DNA of 64,000 nucleotides from a candidate division Kazan bacterium RIFCSPHIGHO2_01_FULL_44_14 (GTDB lineage: Bacteria; Patescibacteriota; Kazan-3B-28): the NCBI GenBank assembly GCA_001771185.1, contig METB01000001.1, positions 94,520 through 158,519 of the forward strand, given 5' to 3'. Of this stretch, positions 9,745-18,933 are shown piece after piece (position 1 is the first letter of the stretch; every line of letters starts with the position of its first letter). Made by a program: the position numbers and the translations under genes. The notes beneath the pieces were generated by a model. That model worked only from the letters and a program-made list of their open reading frames with translations. It did not search any database and was not told where the DNA came from.

Positions 9745-9764
9745 GAATGGAATAGTGAAAAGTT

Positions 9765-9905
9765 ATAAGTGATAAGTGAAAAGTTGTGGTTACCCGACAA
9801 GTAATTTTTAATGATGAATTTTGAATTTTGAACCAATGAGATAATGTTTTAATTTTCAAACATTCAGTCATTGGGATTTGATTAGAAATTAGAAATTAAA
9901 AATTG
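9765..9905 (+). repeat. Copy 1 of a MITE-like intergenic repeat (other copies at 15518..15797 and inverted at 35884..36085)
   Basis: The shared sequence is gtgaaaagtt(a)taagtgataagt ... aagtaatttttaatgatgaattttgaattttga ... taattttgaaacattcagtcattgggatttgattagaaattagaaatt. All three copies align on it. Confidence 0.7.
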
Positions 9906-9920
9906 ACTATCCCCTGACCG

Positions 9921-11234
9921 CTAACTGCTAGATGCTAATTTCTTAATGGCTATTTTAATTCTAGAAATTGATTCGGTTTTGCCCAACGCCTCTAATAATT
10001 CTACCGGACTAGGACTGCCCATTTGACCAGATAGAGCCACACGGATTGGCCAAAACAAATCACCGGGATTAAGCCCTTCGACTGATAAAGTTTCATCCAA
10101 AATTGATTGAAGTTTAATTTGATTCCAAGCACTATCATCAATGGCTGATAAAACCTTAAGTCCAGTGTCTAACCCCTTGGCGGTTTGTTCGGGACTGCTT
10201 TTTTTGAATACCAACAAAGTGGCGTCGTATTCGGGGCTTTTGAAAAAGTACTCAATTAGCGAGGGAATTTCGGACAAGGTTTGGGCACGTTCCTGAATTA
10301 ACTTCAAAGCGGACTGAACCAACGGTTCGTCACCAGACAAATGCGCGATAAATGGTTCTGCCAATTTGGTGTATTCGTCCAATCCTTTTTGCATTAAGTA
10401 ATGCTGGTTTAAATGATTGAGATGTTTTAAATCAAACACGGCACCGGCCTTCTGCACCCGCTCCAGAGAAAATTTTTCAATCAGTTCTGCCATAGTGAAA
10501 AACTCTCCCCCATTTGCTCCGCCAGCTGGCAAAGACCAGCCCAACTGCGCTAGAAAATTAATAATTGCTTCGGGCAAGTAACCGGCCCGGATGTAACCGT
10601 CCAAACTAACATCGCCTGTCCGTTTACTCATTTTGGTTCGATCAGGATTCAAAATAAGCGGAATATGAGCAAATTGTGGAACAGACGCTCCGAGCGCTTC
10701 GTAGAGCAGGATATGTTTGGGAGTGTTACTTAAGTGATCTTCGCCTCGAATCACATGAGTAATGTTCATATCAATATCGTCAACCACATTGGCAAAATGG
10801 AAGGTTGGAGTCCCGTCTTTTTTTATTAAAACCACATCATCGAAGTCCTTGGAATTGAATTCAACTTGGCCACGAATAATGTCATCCACAATAATCGCCC
10901 GTGGTTCGGTTGGAAGTTTAAAATAAATTCCCCCATCCTGTTCGTAAGTTAAACCTTGTAACACTAACTTATCTAAATATTTTTGGTAGATATCCGATCG
11001 TTTACTTTGATAATAATCTTCATCCCAATTTAGACCTAGCCATTTCAAACCATTCACAATGCTCTCCTCAAACACCGACTCACTTCGCTCTTTGTCAGTA
11101 TCTTCAAACCGCAACACGAAAACGCCCCCGCCTTGTTTAGCATAGAGATAATTGAACAGTGCTGTTCTGGCACCGCCGATATGTAATGGCCCCGTAGGAC
11201 TAGGCGCAAAGCGCACCCGCACTTTCTTCTCCAT
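9921..11234 (-). CDS. gltX: Glutamate--tRNA ligase
   Basis: RFAPSPTGPLHIGGARTALFNY is the HIGH motif and KMSKR is present; class I GluRS length. Confidence 0.93.
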   Translation of the reverse strand: MEKKVRVRFAPSPTGPLHIGGARTALFNYLYAKQGGGVFVLRFEDTDKERSESVFEESIVNGLKWLGLNWDEDYYQSKRSDIYQKYLDKLVLQGLTYEQDGGIYFKLPTEPRAIIVDDIIRGQVEFNSKDFDDVVLIKKDGTPTFHFANVVDDIDMNITHVIRGEDHLSNTPKHILLYEALGASVPQFAHIPLILNPDRTKMSKRTGDVSLDGYIRAGYLPEAIINFLAQLGWSLPAGGANGGEFFTMAELIEKFSLERVQKAGAVFDLKHLNHLNQHYLMQKGLDEYTKLAEPFIAHLSGDEPLVQSALKLIQERAQTLSEIPSLIEYFFKSPEYDATLLVFKKSSPEQTAKGLDTGLKVLSAIDDSAWNQIKLQSILDETLSVEGLNPGDLFWPIRVALSGQMGSPSPVELLEALGKTESISRIKIAIKKLASSS

Positions 11235-11314
11235 GTTTACATTTTACCACGAGACGGTTTTGCCATAGATGTGCTAGTATAGTGACGAGCCATTTTGGCG
11301 AGGAGGTACCTTGA

Positions 11315-11824
11315 ATGGATATTCGGAAGACCTTGTTAGAGTTGAGGGGTTTGTGGGAATCTGACTACAAGGCAAGTTTTATCGAGGCCAGACGACTGCG
11401 GTTCGATCCTAGATACGGCGATTTGATCCTTTTGGTTATGCCAGCACTAAGCATTGTTTCAGACCCACAAGTGATCGAGCGGGAGTGTCGGTTCGCAAAA
11501 GAGCAGATAGAAAAAATCCGAAGCGGGCAACATCAATCTAACACCGTCGCTCTTGAGGATTTATTTCTCCACAAGATTTTCTTCCCTCTCTCGATTGAGG
11601 AACTCTTAGGGATTGAATTGGCTGATGCTCGCGAGCTAGTCCGGCAGGGATATATCTTGGAGGCAAAGCAGATTGTCTATCAGTTGCGACAAGAATTAGG
11701 AAACAGACCCAAGTCACTCCTCTTTGCCGATCTCAAGAGTATTTTAAAGACAATCCAAGTCATTCCCCAAGACATCGGCGTTACTGACACCGAATACGCC
11801 AACTGGATTCAAATGTTCCATTAA
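11315..11824 (+). CDS. Hypothetical protein (169 aa)
   Basis: ORF with an intrinsic terminator immediately downstream. No domain is recognised. Confidence 0.5.
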   Translation: MDIRKTLLELRGLWESDYKASFIEARRLRFDPRYGDLILLVMPALSIVSDPQVIERECRFAKEQIEKIRSGQHQSNTVALEDLFLHKIFFPLSIEELLGIELADARELVRQGYILEAKQIVYQLRQELGNRPKSLLFADLKSILKTIQVIPQDIGVTDTEYANWIQMFH

Positions 11825-11832
11825 TCACATTA

Positions 11833-11869
11833 GGCTACTTCCTATTTATTTAGGAAGTAGCCATTTTTA
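11833..11869 (+). terminator. Rho-independent terminator
   Basis: A perfect 12-bp stem ggctacttccta / taggaagtagcc with a 6-nt loop, followed by atttttat. Confidence 0.65.
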
Positions 11870-12004
11870 TGTAACACCAAAATCCGTCTTAACAATTAAC
11901 CACCAATACTGCCACCATTCAAACCCTCTTCAGTACCTTTCAAACCTTCGGTATCCATAATATTCATGATTATCTACTATCCTGTCCATTGTACTAAATA
12001 TTTA

Positions 12005-12035
12005 TAAAAAATCCCGTACTTTGACAGCACGGGAT
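12005..12035 (-). terminator. Rho-independent terminator (minus strand)
   Basis: The minus strand reads atcccgtgctgtcaaagtacgggat followed by tttttt. The stem is ATCCCGT/ACGGGAT. Confidence 0.55.
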
Positions 12036-12277
12036 TAATCCCAGGGATGAAGATAGCCCCGGCCGTTGCAGCAACGGCAAGAGTGCAGAGGGAGCCTGTC
12101 GTGTCTTCTTTCAACTGCGAGTCGACAATCGCACCTTTGACATTCAACTATCATCTCACCGCTAGAACCTTGCCTGGTTCGGCGGCTATCTCGAGTATAG
12201 GAACCCGGACACCGGCCAGTACCAACACAACAGAGACAAACACCACCACTTGGGGTCTTCTTCTTGGAGTCGGTCAC
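12035..12277 (-). CDS. Possible small Cys-rich protein (80 aa, 10 Cys); alternatively an untranslated GC-rich 3' region or ncRNA
   Basis: ORF with CLCCVGTGRC...CQRCDCR...CRCCNGRG ending at the terminator. An antisense ORF 12047..12370 also exists. This is ambiguous. Confidence 0.25.
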   Translation of the reverse strand: MTDSKKKTPSGGVCLCCVGTGRCPGSYTRDSRRTRQGSSGEMIVECQRCDCRLAVERRHDRLPLHSCRCCNGRGYLHPWD

Positions 12278-12303
12278 TTTTACTCACCACCTTCCAAGAT
12301 AAG

Positions 12304-13170
12304 TTACAAGACGTCCCTATGTTTCCTGACTTCCTGCATAAAGTCAACTGTAGCGACCTTAATCCGCTGACGGCGCCAAGGTTGGGTCAGAAACCGCCAC
12401 AGCCATTCTAAACCATGTCGTTGCCACCATTCAGGGGCTCGTTTGGCTGGCGACTTGGCTACTGGAGCATTTAGAGCCGTGGCTCCGGTAATAAAGTCCA
12501 ATGCCCCGCCAATTCCCATCACAATTGCCCCAGAGAGTTTTGGCAGTTCAGTTTCGATCCAGTCCATTTGCTGATTGGCCGGCAGGGCTAGAAAAATAAA
12601 TTTGGGCCGACTTAATTGAAGATGAGAGATAACTGTATCCATCGTGTCATATGGCGGACCGGCCACTGCTCCGGCCAATTGCAACTGTGGATACATTTGC
12701 TGAATCAAATTTCCAGCGGTTAGTGCGACACCGGGCTGACCACCTAAAAGAAAAACTGAATATCCGCATTCGCTGGCTAATTTAGCAATCTCCCAGACCA
12801 TGTCCGCACCAGTTAATCGTTCTGGAATAATATTTAGTGTCTTGGGAGCCAATACAATTGCCAAACTGGTCCAAGCAAACTGCCACCACTCTTGAAGATT
12901 ACGCAAAATTGGTTTAGCAGTTAGTGGTAATGATAAATATTTGGCGGCCCAAACCAACCCAAAGCCATCCACCAATGAAAGCGAGGCGTGATTGAGTAAT
13001 TCGCGAAATTCCGGATGGGCCAGAGAATACATCACCATCTCGGGATTGGGTGTAACAATATAATGATTTTGACCATCAACTGCTAAACCGTTAACCACTT
13101 GCAGGGCCTGTGGCAAAGTTAGGCAATCAACTTTCACTCCCAAGATTTCTATAGTTTTCCCGTTGTCCAT
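12304..13170 (-). CDS. WecB/TagA/CpsF-family glycosyltransferase (GT26)
   Basis: N-terminal IEILGVKVDCLTLPQALQ...YIVTPNPE is typical of the TagA/WecG family. The start was chosen at MDNGKT; an alternative ATG is at 13206. Confidence 0.75.
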   Translation of the reverse strand: MDNGKTIEILGVKVDCLTLPQALQVVNGLAVDGQNHYIVTPNPEMVMYSLAHPEFRELLNHASLSLVDGFGLVWAAKYLSLPLTAKPILRNLQEWWQFAWTSLAIVLAPKTLNIIPERLTGADMVWEIAKLASECGYSVFLLGGQPGVALTAGNLIQQMYPQLQLAGAVAGPPYDTMDTVISHLQLSRPKFIFLALPANQQMDWIETELPKLSGAIVMGIGGALDFITGATALNAPVAKSPAKRAPEWWQRHGLEWLWRFLTQPWRRQRIKVATVDFMQEVRKHRDVL

Positions 13171-13221
13171 AAAATTATTCTTGCAATATACTGAACGGCC
13201 GTTCATCTAATTGCAACTTTT

Positions 13222-14337
13222 TTATTCCGTTTGTTTCATTTGCTTTACGAGACGGTCGACTAGGGTTTTAATCTCGGACTGGAAGCGTTGGCGACTAAAT
13301 TTCTGGGCGTGTTCGGAAATTATACTGGGATCAAATTTGGTTTCTTTCTCAACAAATTCTTGAATGGCGGATTTTAAACTGGCAACGGTTTGTTCGGAAA
13401 AGAACAGGCCGGTTTTGCCATCGATAACCGTTTCTAAACAACCTCCTTTGCCGTAAGCAATCACTGGTTTACCGGCGGATTGAAGTTCAACCGGTACAAT
13501 CCCAAAGTCCTCCTCGCCAGGGAAAATCAACGCCCGACAAGTTCGAATATAGTCAATTTTTTGTTCGTCGCTAATCCAGCCGGTAATCGTAACCGTTGGA
13601 CCGGCCATGTGTTTAAGTTCGACTTCCATTTCCCCAGTGCCGATTACGATCAATGGCAATTCAAGTTCGTTACACACCCGAACCACCAAGTCCAGTCGCT
13701 TATATTGACTCAACCGCGCAATCGCAATGAAATGGCCTTTGTTCTCGTGAGAAATTTGAATTTTATCAGTATCGACTGATGGGTAAATTACGATTGATTC
13801 TCGCCGATAAAATTTGCGGATTCGGTCAGCGACATAATTTGAATTGGCAACATACTGATCAACTCGTGAAGCCCCGAGAAAATCCCAAATTCTAATTTTA
13901 CTCAAAATTCCTTTGACGACCGCTTTGACCATTCTATTCATTTGTTTATCCGCCAGGTAAATATGCCAAGCGTCCCACACATAGCGCATCGGAGTATGAA
14001 CATAGGAAATATGAATGGTGTGGGGATTAGTAAGAATGTTTTTGGCAAACGAATGAGAACTTGAAATCACCACATCAAAGTCGTCAAAATCAAAACTTTC
14101 AATAGCCAGAGCATAGAATGGAAGCAAAAATTTAGCGGGAACCCAACTCCATTTTTGTAAATAAGAAGTGATGATTTGACGATGGCCGAACCACGGGTTA
14201 AGTTTTTTGTCGTAAAACAGAGTATAAATTGGCGCTTCCGGGTAAAGATCGCTAATCGCTAAAGTCACTCGTTCGGCTCCGCCGAAGGTATGGAAGAAAT
14301 CGTGAACAATCGCAATGTTTGGCTTTTTGTCTGTCAT
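13222..14337 (-). CDS. Glycosyltransferase family 4
   Basis: EEDFGIVPVELQSAGKPVIAYGKGGCLETV is the GT4 motif. The start was trimmed to MTDKKPNIAIVHDF (ATG 14337). The longer ORF to 14484 would run through a conserved intergenic hairpin repeat and overlap the next gene. Confidence 0.8.
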   Translation of the reverse strand: MTDKKPNIAIVHDFFHTFGGAERVTLAISDLYPEAPIYTLFYDKKLNPWFGHRQIITSYLQKWSWVPAKFLLPFYALAIESFDFDDFDVVISSSHSFAKNILTNPHTIHISYVHTPMRYVWDAWHIYLADKQMNRMVKAVVKGILSKIRIWDFLGASRVDQYVANSNYVADRIRKFYRRESIVIYPSVDTDKIQISHENKGHFIAIARLSQYKRLDLVVRVCNELELPLIVIGTGEMEVELKHMAGPTVTITGWISDEQKIDYIRTCRALIFPGEEDFGIVPVELQSAGKPVIAYGKGGCLETVIDGKTGLFFSEQTVASLKSAIQEFVEKETKFDPSIISEHAQKFSRQRFQSEIKTLVDRLVKQMKQTE

Positions 14338-14435
14338 CCCGAATTCACGGTGTCCTGAGCCAGCCGAGGGATTTTGGGATCTAGTTATGGATTCTGAAAC
14401 AAGTTCAGAATGACCAGTTGATGTAGTTTCTTGGG

Positions 14436-15506
14436 TCATAGAGAAGTGATAATATCCTTTAGACGACGAGCCGACTTCTCCCACGAAAAATCAGCCAGCC
14501 GTCGTCTTCCAGCCGCCACATAGTGCGCTCTGGCGCTAGAATTGTCCAGTATCTGCCGGATTCCATTGGCAATCTGACTGGGTGAAGTTGGTTCAACCAA
14601 AACCCCGGCCTCTCCAGCAATTTCTTTCAAGGCACCCGAGTTACTAGTAACTACTGGCAGATCGTGAGCGAAGGCCTCCAAAATTGGCAAACCGAAACCT
14701 TCATACAACGAGGGAAACAGTAATAATTTGGCTCGCTGATAAAGAGTATTTAGTCCCATTTCCGAAACAAATCCCAGCAAATGGACTTGGTCGCTTAACC
14801 CATATTCTCTGGTCAAATCCTTGACCGGCTCTCCCAAATTTGTTGGACCGGCAAAGACCAAGTGTAAGTTGGGATAGGACGCCACTAGTTCGGCAAAAGC
14901 ATGAATAATATTAAATGGGTTTTTGCGCGGTTCGATTCGACCAACCACCAAAATAAATTCATCGGGAATTGGCAAATGGACTGGCTCAAGCGAGTCGATC
15001 GTGGATGGGACTGCGTTATAAACCACCTCGATTTGATTAACCGGCGTATTGAAATAATGTTCCAGGTCGAGCTTGGTTTGCTGACTGACGGCAATAATTT
15101 TAGTCGCAAACCGACGCGCCCGTTTGACGGTTAACCATGAACTTAACCAATTTTTGAAAGTATAAGCCCGAGGAAATCTCATAAAGGCCAAATCATGTAC
15201 GGTTGCCAGAACTTTACTCGGAAGCTTGCGCGGCAAAATATTACTGGGCGACCACCACACATCTAAGTGATCATGAGCAATCGCTTCGGACAGGGCGGTT
15301 TGGGTCCACCACCTGGTCGACGGAATAATTCGGCTGATAACATGAGAATGATTTTGGAATTGCCAAGGCAAAGTCGACGGAGTGTAAAGAATGTATTCTA
15401 AATCGCCCTCTAATTGCAACAGAGCATAAATTAGTTCTCGAGTTGCCACCTCCACACCAGTGGGCTGGGATTTGACCAAGGCCGATGCATCAATACCAAT
15501 ACGCAT
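14436..15506 (-). CDS. Glycosyltransferase family 4
   Basis: EGFGLPILEAFAHDLPVVTSNSGALKEIAG. Confidence 0.85.
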   Translation of the reverse strand: MRIGIDASALVKSQPTGVEVATRELIYALLQLEGDLEYILYTPSTLPWQFQNHSHVISRIIPSTRWWTQTALSEAIAHDHLDVWWSPSNILPRKLPSKVLATVHDLAFMRFPRAYTFKNWLSSWLTVKRARRFATKIIAVSQQTKLDLEHYFNTPVNQIEVVYNAVPSTIDSLEPVHLPIPDEFILVVGRIEPRKNPFNIIHAFAELVASYPNLHLVFAGPTNLGEPVKDLTREYGLSDQVHLLGFVSEMGLNTLYQRAKLLLFPSLYEGFGLPILEAFAHDLPVVTSNSGALKEIAGEAGVLVEPTSPSQIANGIRQILDNSSARAHYVAAGRRRLADFSWEKSARRLKDIITSL

Positions 15507-15517
15507 GGTGAAAAGTT

Positions 15518-15797
15518 AAAAGTTAAAAGTGATAAGTCCTCCTCCGCCTAAAGCTACGGAAGGATCTGTGATGAAAAGTGACGGCATTTATCCTCCTGCC
15601 GTCATCCCGGCAAAGGCCGGGATCGTATAAGATTCTGGATGCGTTCTGCTGTCCAGCAGAACTTACCAGAATGACGGATGTCCCGGCAAGTAATTTTGAA
15701 TGATGAATTTTGAATTTTGAGTGAATAACCCTAATATCTTAATTTTGAAACATTCAGTCATTGGAATTTGATTAGAAATTAGAAATTGGAAATTAAG
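15518..15797 (+). repeat. Copy 2 of the MITE-like repeat, carrying a ~135-bp internal insert rich in palindromes (gttctgctgtccagcagaac, ccagaatgacgg)
   Basis: The 5' part ggtgaaaagttaaaagttaaaagtgataagt and the 3' part aagtaattttgaatgatgaattttgaattttga...cattcagtcattggaatttgattagaaattagaaatt both match copy 1. Confidence 0.65.
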
Positions 15798-16000
15798 GTA
15801 TTCATTCGGCTTCGCTTGGAGGGAATAATAATCTAGTGGCTAGTATGACTTCTCACGGGACGGGTTTACTTCCGCAGGATGTTAAACTATTATTGGTCTG
15901 ACTGAATGGCTGATTTAACCAAAGGGGTGGACCGCTAGCCAGGTATGGTTGGTTTTGTGCCTGTAGACCAGGTTTTCCCCACTATCCTATTCTAACTCAT

Positions 16001-17419
16001 ATGGCTTATCAAAAGAATTGGCCCACTTTGCTGGCCTATGCTCTCGCGGTAATCGGGTTTTTCGTGGCGGCCGCCTATGCGGTAATGTATGCCACCGGCT
16101 ACCGGATTGATTTTGAGAGCTGGACGGTTCAAAAGACCGGGGTATTGGCGATTACCACTAAACCCAGCGGAGCAACGGTCATTTTGAACGATAGCCAACT
16201 AGCTCGCAAAACCCCGTTTACCCTACGCAATGCCTTACCCGGGCCATATCACATTAAATTAACATTGGCAGGATATCAGCCGTACGAAAAAGATGTGGAG
16301 GTGCTATCGAGCCAAGCCACCGAAGAACACAATGTTGACTTAGTCCTGGCGGAAATAAAATCAACCACCGTAGCCGAAAAGCTGACAGCGGTGTTAAACA
16401 TTGATAATGACATTTGGGCATTTGATTGGAACAAACAGTTTGTTAAAATCGGCGACCCAACTTCTCCATTAGGATTTGATAAAATGCCGACCAATGTTAA
16501 AACCGTCCTGACCCAAGCCACTGGGTTGTATTTGGCCAAGAAACATCCCAATAGCAACGATATAGCTTTGGGAGCGATGGTGGGCAGTAAACGCTGGCTG
16601 GTAATCGCTGATCCATTTGGCTATCGCGGTCAATTATTTGGCGCACCTTTTAATCAAGTCAGTGCAGAAAAATTGTTCTGGATTGATGCCGACCGACTAA
16701 TGTTATTAATCGGTAGTTCAATTTACACCATCGATCTGAATCTTAACCAAACCAATTTGTACGCCAAATCGGTTACTGGGGCTACCTATGATAACGGCCG
16801 GGCTTACTATGTGACTAAAAACTCCCACGGGCAAGTCACTTTGTATAGCGATGGGAATTTGTTTGACGATAAGTCCGCTGAAGTTGCATTCGACAATGTG
16901 CCAGTTGCCAGTAGTCACGAAATTATGGTAACACCCGAAGAAACCATTATTTTACTGACCGACAATCGCTCTAGCCGTGGACTTTGGCTAATCGATAAGG
17001 ACCCTAAAGCCAAGTCGCCAGAATATCAGTTGACCAAATTAGCTAGCGGAGTATATAACACGCTTTATGATTATCTCAACGAACAATTGTTTTTTGTTCA
17101 AGACAAAACTGTCAGCGCCTATGACACCACCAAACGAACGACTCAAAAATTGCGTCAATTCATTGATACCCCAACTTTAGTTGGCAAGCGCAACGAGAGT
17201 GTGTTTATTCAAAGTCAAAATAAGTTTTGGATTGGCGATCCATCTTTAAGCAATGTTTACGAAATTGTCAGCGCAACCAACACGACCCTGCTGTTAGGGT
17301 CGGATTCAAAACGGGTGTGGACACTCAAAGACGGCCAACTGTTAGAGTGGGTATTGCGGAATCCTGGTCAAGGAGTATTTGGAGTGTTGCCTAACTGGGT
17401 CGGCCGAGTCAGCGGTTAA
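16001..17419 (+). CDS. PEGA-domain membrane-anchored protein
   Basis: N-terminal TM helix, then SGATVILNDSQLARKTPFTLRNALPGPYHIKLTLAGYQPYEKDVEV, the PEGA motif. Confidence 0.7.
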   Translation: MAYQKNWPTLLAYALAVIGFFVAAAYAVMYATGYRIDFESWTVQKTGVLAITTKPSGATVILNDSQLARKTPFTLRNALPGPYHIKLTLAGYQPYEKDVEVLSSQATEEHNVDLVLAEIKSTTVAEKLTAVLNIDNDIWAFDWNKQFVKIGDPTSPLGFDKMPTNVKTVLTQATGLYLAKKHPNSNDIALGAMVGSKRWLVIADPFGYRGQLFGAPFNQVSAEKLFWIDADRLMLLIGSSIYTIDLNLNQTNLYAKSVTGATYDNGRAYYVTKNSHGQVTLYSDGNLFDDKSAEVAFDNVPVASSHEIMVTPEETIILLTDNRSSRGLWLIDKDPKAKSPEYQLTKLASGVYNTLYDYLNEQLFFVQDKTVSAYDTTKRTTQKLRQFIDTPTLVGKRNESVFIQSQNKFWIGDPSLSNVYEIVSATNTTLLLGSDSKRVWTLKDGQLLEWVLRNPGQGVFGVLPNWVGRVSG

Positions 17420-17452
17420 AACACTATCGACGATTAAAGTTGTCTATAATAA

Positions 17453-18241
17453 CTAAACTGGCAAAATAGTTGGCAGTTTAGGAATCTGCTGGAACGGAGC
17501 AAATGACTCAATATCAACTGGCGGACGGCCGACTAAATCTGCCTGTACAACTAACCGACGCAAACTGGTGCCAACTGGAGTGCAGGTCATTAAGGTAAGA
17601 ATTGGTTTGCCACTGCTGTTTAAAATATCAACTTGGCTGGGGTTGACTATGAATGACTGATTGACCCGATAAATATATTTGCCACCTTGGTAATAAACAT
17701 AAATCAAGTCGCCAACGGTTAATTTATCCAACAAAGCAAATACTTGATTAAACTTACCGCCATTCCACCAGTAGTATGAACTGTGACCGGTCAGAAATAC
17801 ATTGCCAACTCGTCCCGGCATCGCTGTGTTGGGATAATGCGCCACTCCATCTTTGATTGCCGTTAGAATGGCATCGTTGGACGACTCGGTCGGATAGACG
17901 ATCGGTGCGTCAACATTGATTTTGGGAATTAAAATTGTATCGGTTGCCGGAACGATTAGTTTTCGATTGAGGGTGTCGGTGACCTCCTGAATGTCTTGCA
18001 AATTGTCGCTAACCGATATCGGCAATTCATATTTTCGTGAGAAGTCAGTTGTGGGTGCTGAAAAATAATAAGATACTTTAGTATAAATGGTCGGCGCCAT
18101 CACAATCAGGGTCAGCAATACAAAGAAAAAAATAAATAGTCCGAGGAATTTCAATAGTTCGACTAAAATCCGACGGCGCGGTTTGCGAGCTGGCGGAGTG
18201 GGTGGATACCAATCGGGTTGAGAATCGAATCCATTCATCAT
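17453..18241 (-). CDS. Sortase-family transpeptidase
   Basis: N-terminal TM anchor, LTGHS, and TLMTC (the TLxTC catalytic-Cys motif). Confidence 0.8.
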   Translation of the reverse strand: MMNGFDSQPDWYPPTPPARKPRRRILVELLKFLGLFIFFFVLLTLIVMAPTIYTKVSYYFSAPTTDFSRKYELPISVSDNLQDIQEVTDTLNRKLIVPATDTILIPKINVDAPIVYPTESSNDAILTAIKDGVAHYPNTAMPGRVGNVFLTGHSSYYWWNGGKFNQVFALLDKLTVGDLIYVYYQGGKYIYRVNQSFIVNPSQVDILNSSGKPILTLMTCTPVGTSLRRLVVQADLVGRPPVDIESFAPFQQIPKLPTILPV

Positions 18242-18243
18242 GA

Positions 18244-18630
18244 TTAGGACGGCGGAGAATAGTTGCTCTTCTTGGATAGTTGTTCGTAGGTCATCAGACC
18301 CACTACCCGACTGCCGTCAGGGAAAACCCAGGTTGGGTATTGAGTAATATTGGCTTCCTTGGCAGCATCGGTTTGACCTCGACCATCCGGGGTGGAACTC
18401 TCGATGTAGGTAATATATTGAAATGCGTCACCGAATAGTTTCTCTTGTTTGATGCAGATATGACACCAAAAAGCGCCATACATCTTCACATCCTGGCTAG
18501 TTAAATGTTTGGCTAATCCCTCGTAATCTGGAGTAACTTTAGCCGATGAATAATTATACCAACCTGCCACCAACGCAGCGGCTAATAAAATGACCAGAAC
18601 GATAATTAGAGGTCGGATGTAGGTTTTCAT
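18244..18630 (-). CDS. Thioredoxin-fold thiol-disulfide oxidoreductase-like protein (membrane anchored, WCxxC)
   Basis: FWCHIC CxxC motif after an N-terminal TM segment. The start was taken at MKTYIRPLII. It is directly downstream of the sortase gene. Confidence 0.6.
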   Translation of the reverse strand: MKTYIRPLIIVLVILLAAALVAGWYNYSSAKVTPDYEGLAKHLTSQDVKMYGAFWCHICIKQEKLFGDAFQYITYIESSTPDGRGQTDAAKEANITQYPTWVFPDGSRVVGLMTYEQLSKKSNYSPPS

Positions 18631-18777
18631 AATGTTAATAATAGAAGGTGGATCAGTCCATGCTTCGCCCAAGGGCTACGCAGGACAAGCTTCTTTTGCG
18701 CAAAGTAATAACTGACAAGATATCCTTAATCAAAGTTTCGGATATCGTAGCCAAGCGTAGTTCGTTAAAACGAAGCT

Positions 18778-18863
18778 TGGTGGCCGAGGAGAGAGTCGGA
18801 CTCTCATGCCCTTGCAGGCACACGATTTTGAGTCGTGCGTGTCTACCATTCCACCACTCGGCC
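18778..18863 (-). tRNA. tRNA-Leu (anticodon CAA)
   Basis: The manual fold has acceptor GGCCGAG/CTCGGCC, D-stem GTG/CAC, anticodon stem CACGA/TCGTG with loop CTCAAAA, a long variable arm TGCC-TGCAAG-GGCA, T-arm GAGAG-TCCGACT-CTCTC and an encoded ACCA. The six-frame ORFs overlapping it are spurious. Confidence 0.85.
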
Positions 18864-18933
18864 ACAAAGTTAATCGCCAAATTTTAAATCACAAACTCCA
18901 AATTTTGATTATTGATTATTGTCGGTTTGATTA

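Noticed and set aside
13222-14484. Full-length 420-aa ORF for the second GT4 gene
   Set aside because: Its first ~49 codons run across a conserved intergenic hairpin repeat (gattctgaaacaagttcagaatgacc, 14392..14418) and overlap the upstream gene's start region. The start was trimmed to ATG 14337 (MTDKKPNIAIVHDF).
18648-18887. Six-frame ORFs 18648..18887 (+) and 18653..18880 (-)
   Set aside because: They lie directly over a well-folding tRNA-Leu(CAA) gene (18778..18863) in a short spacer. They are not protein-coding.
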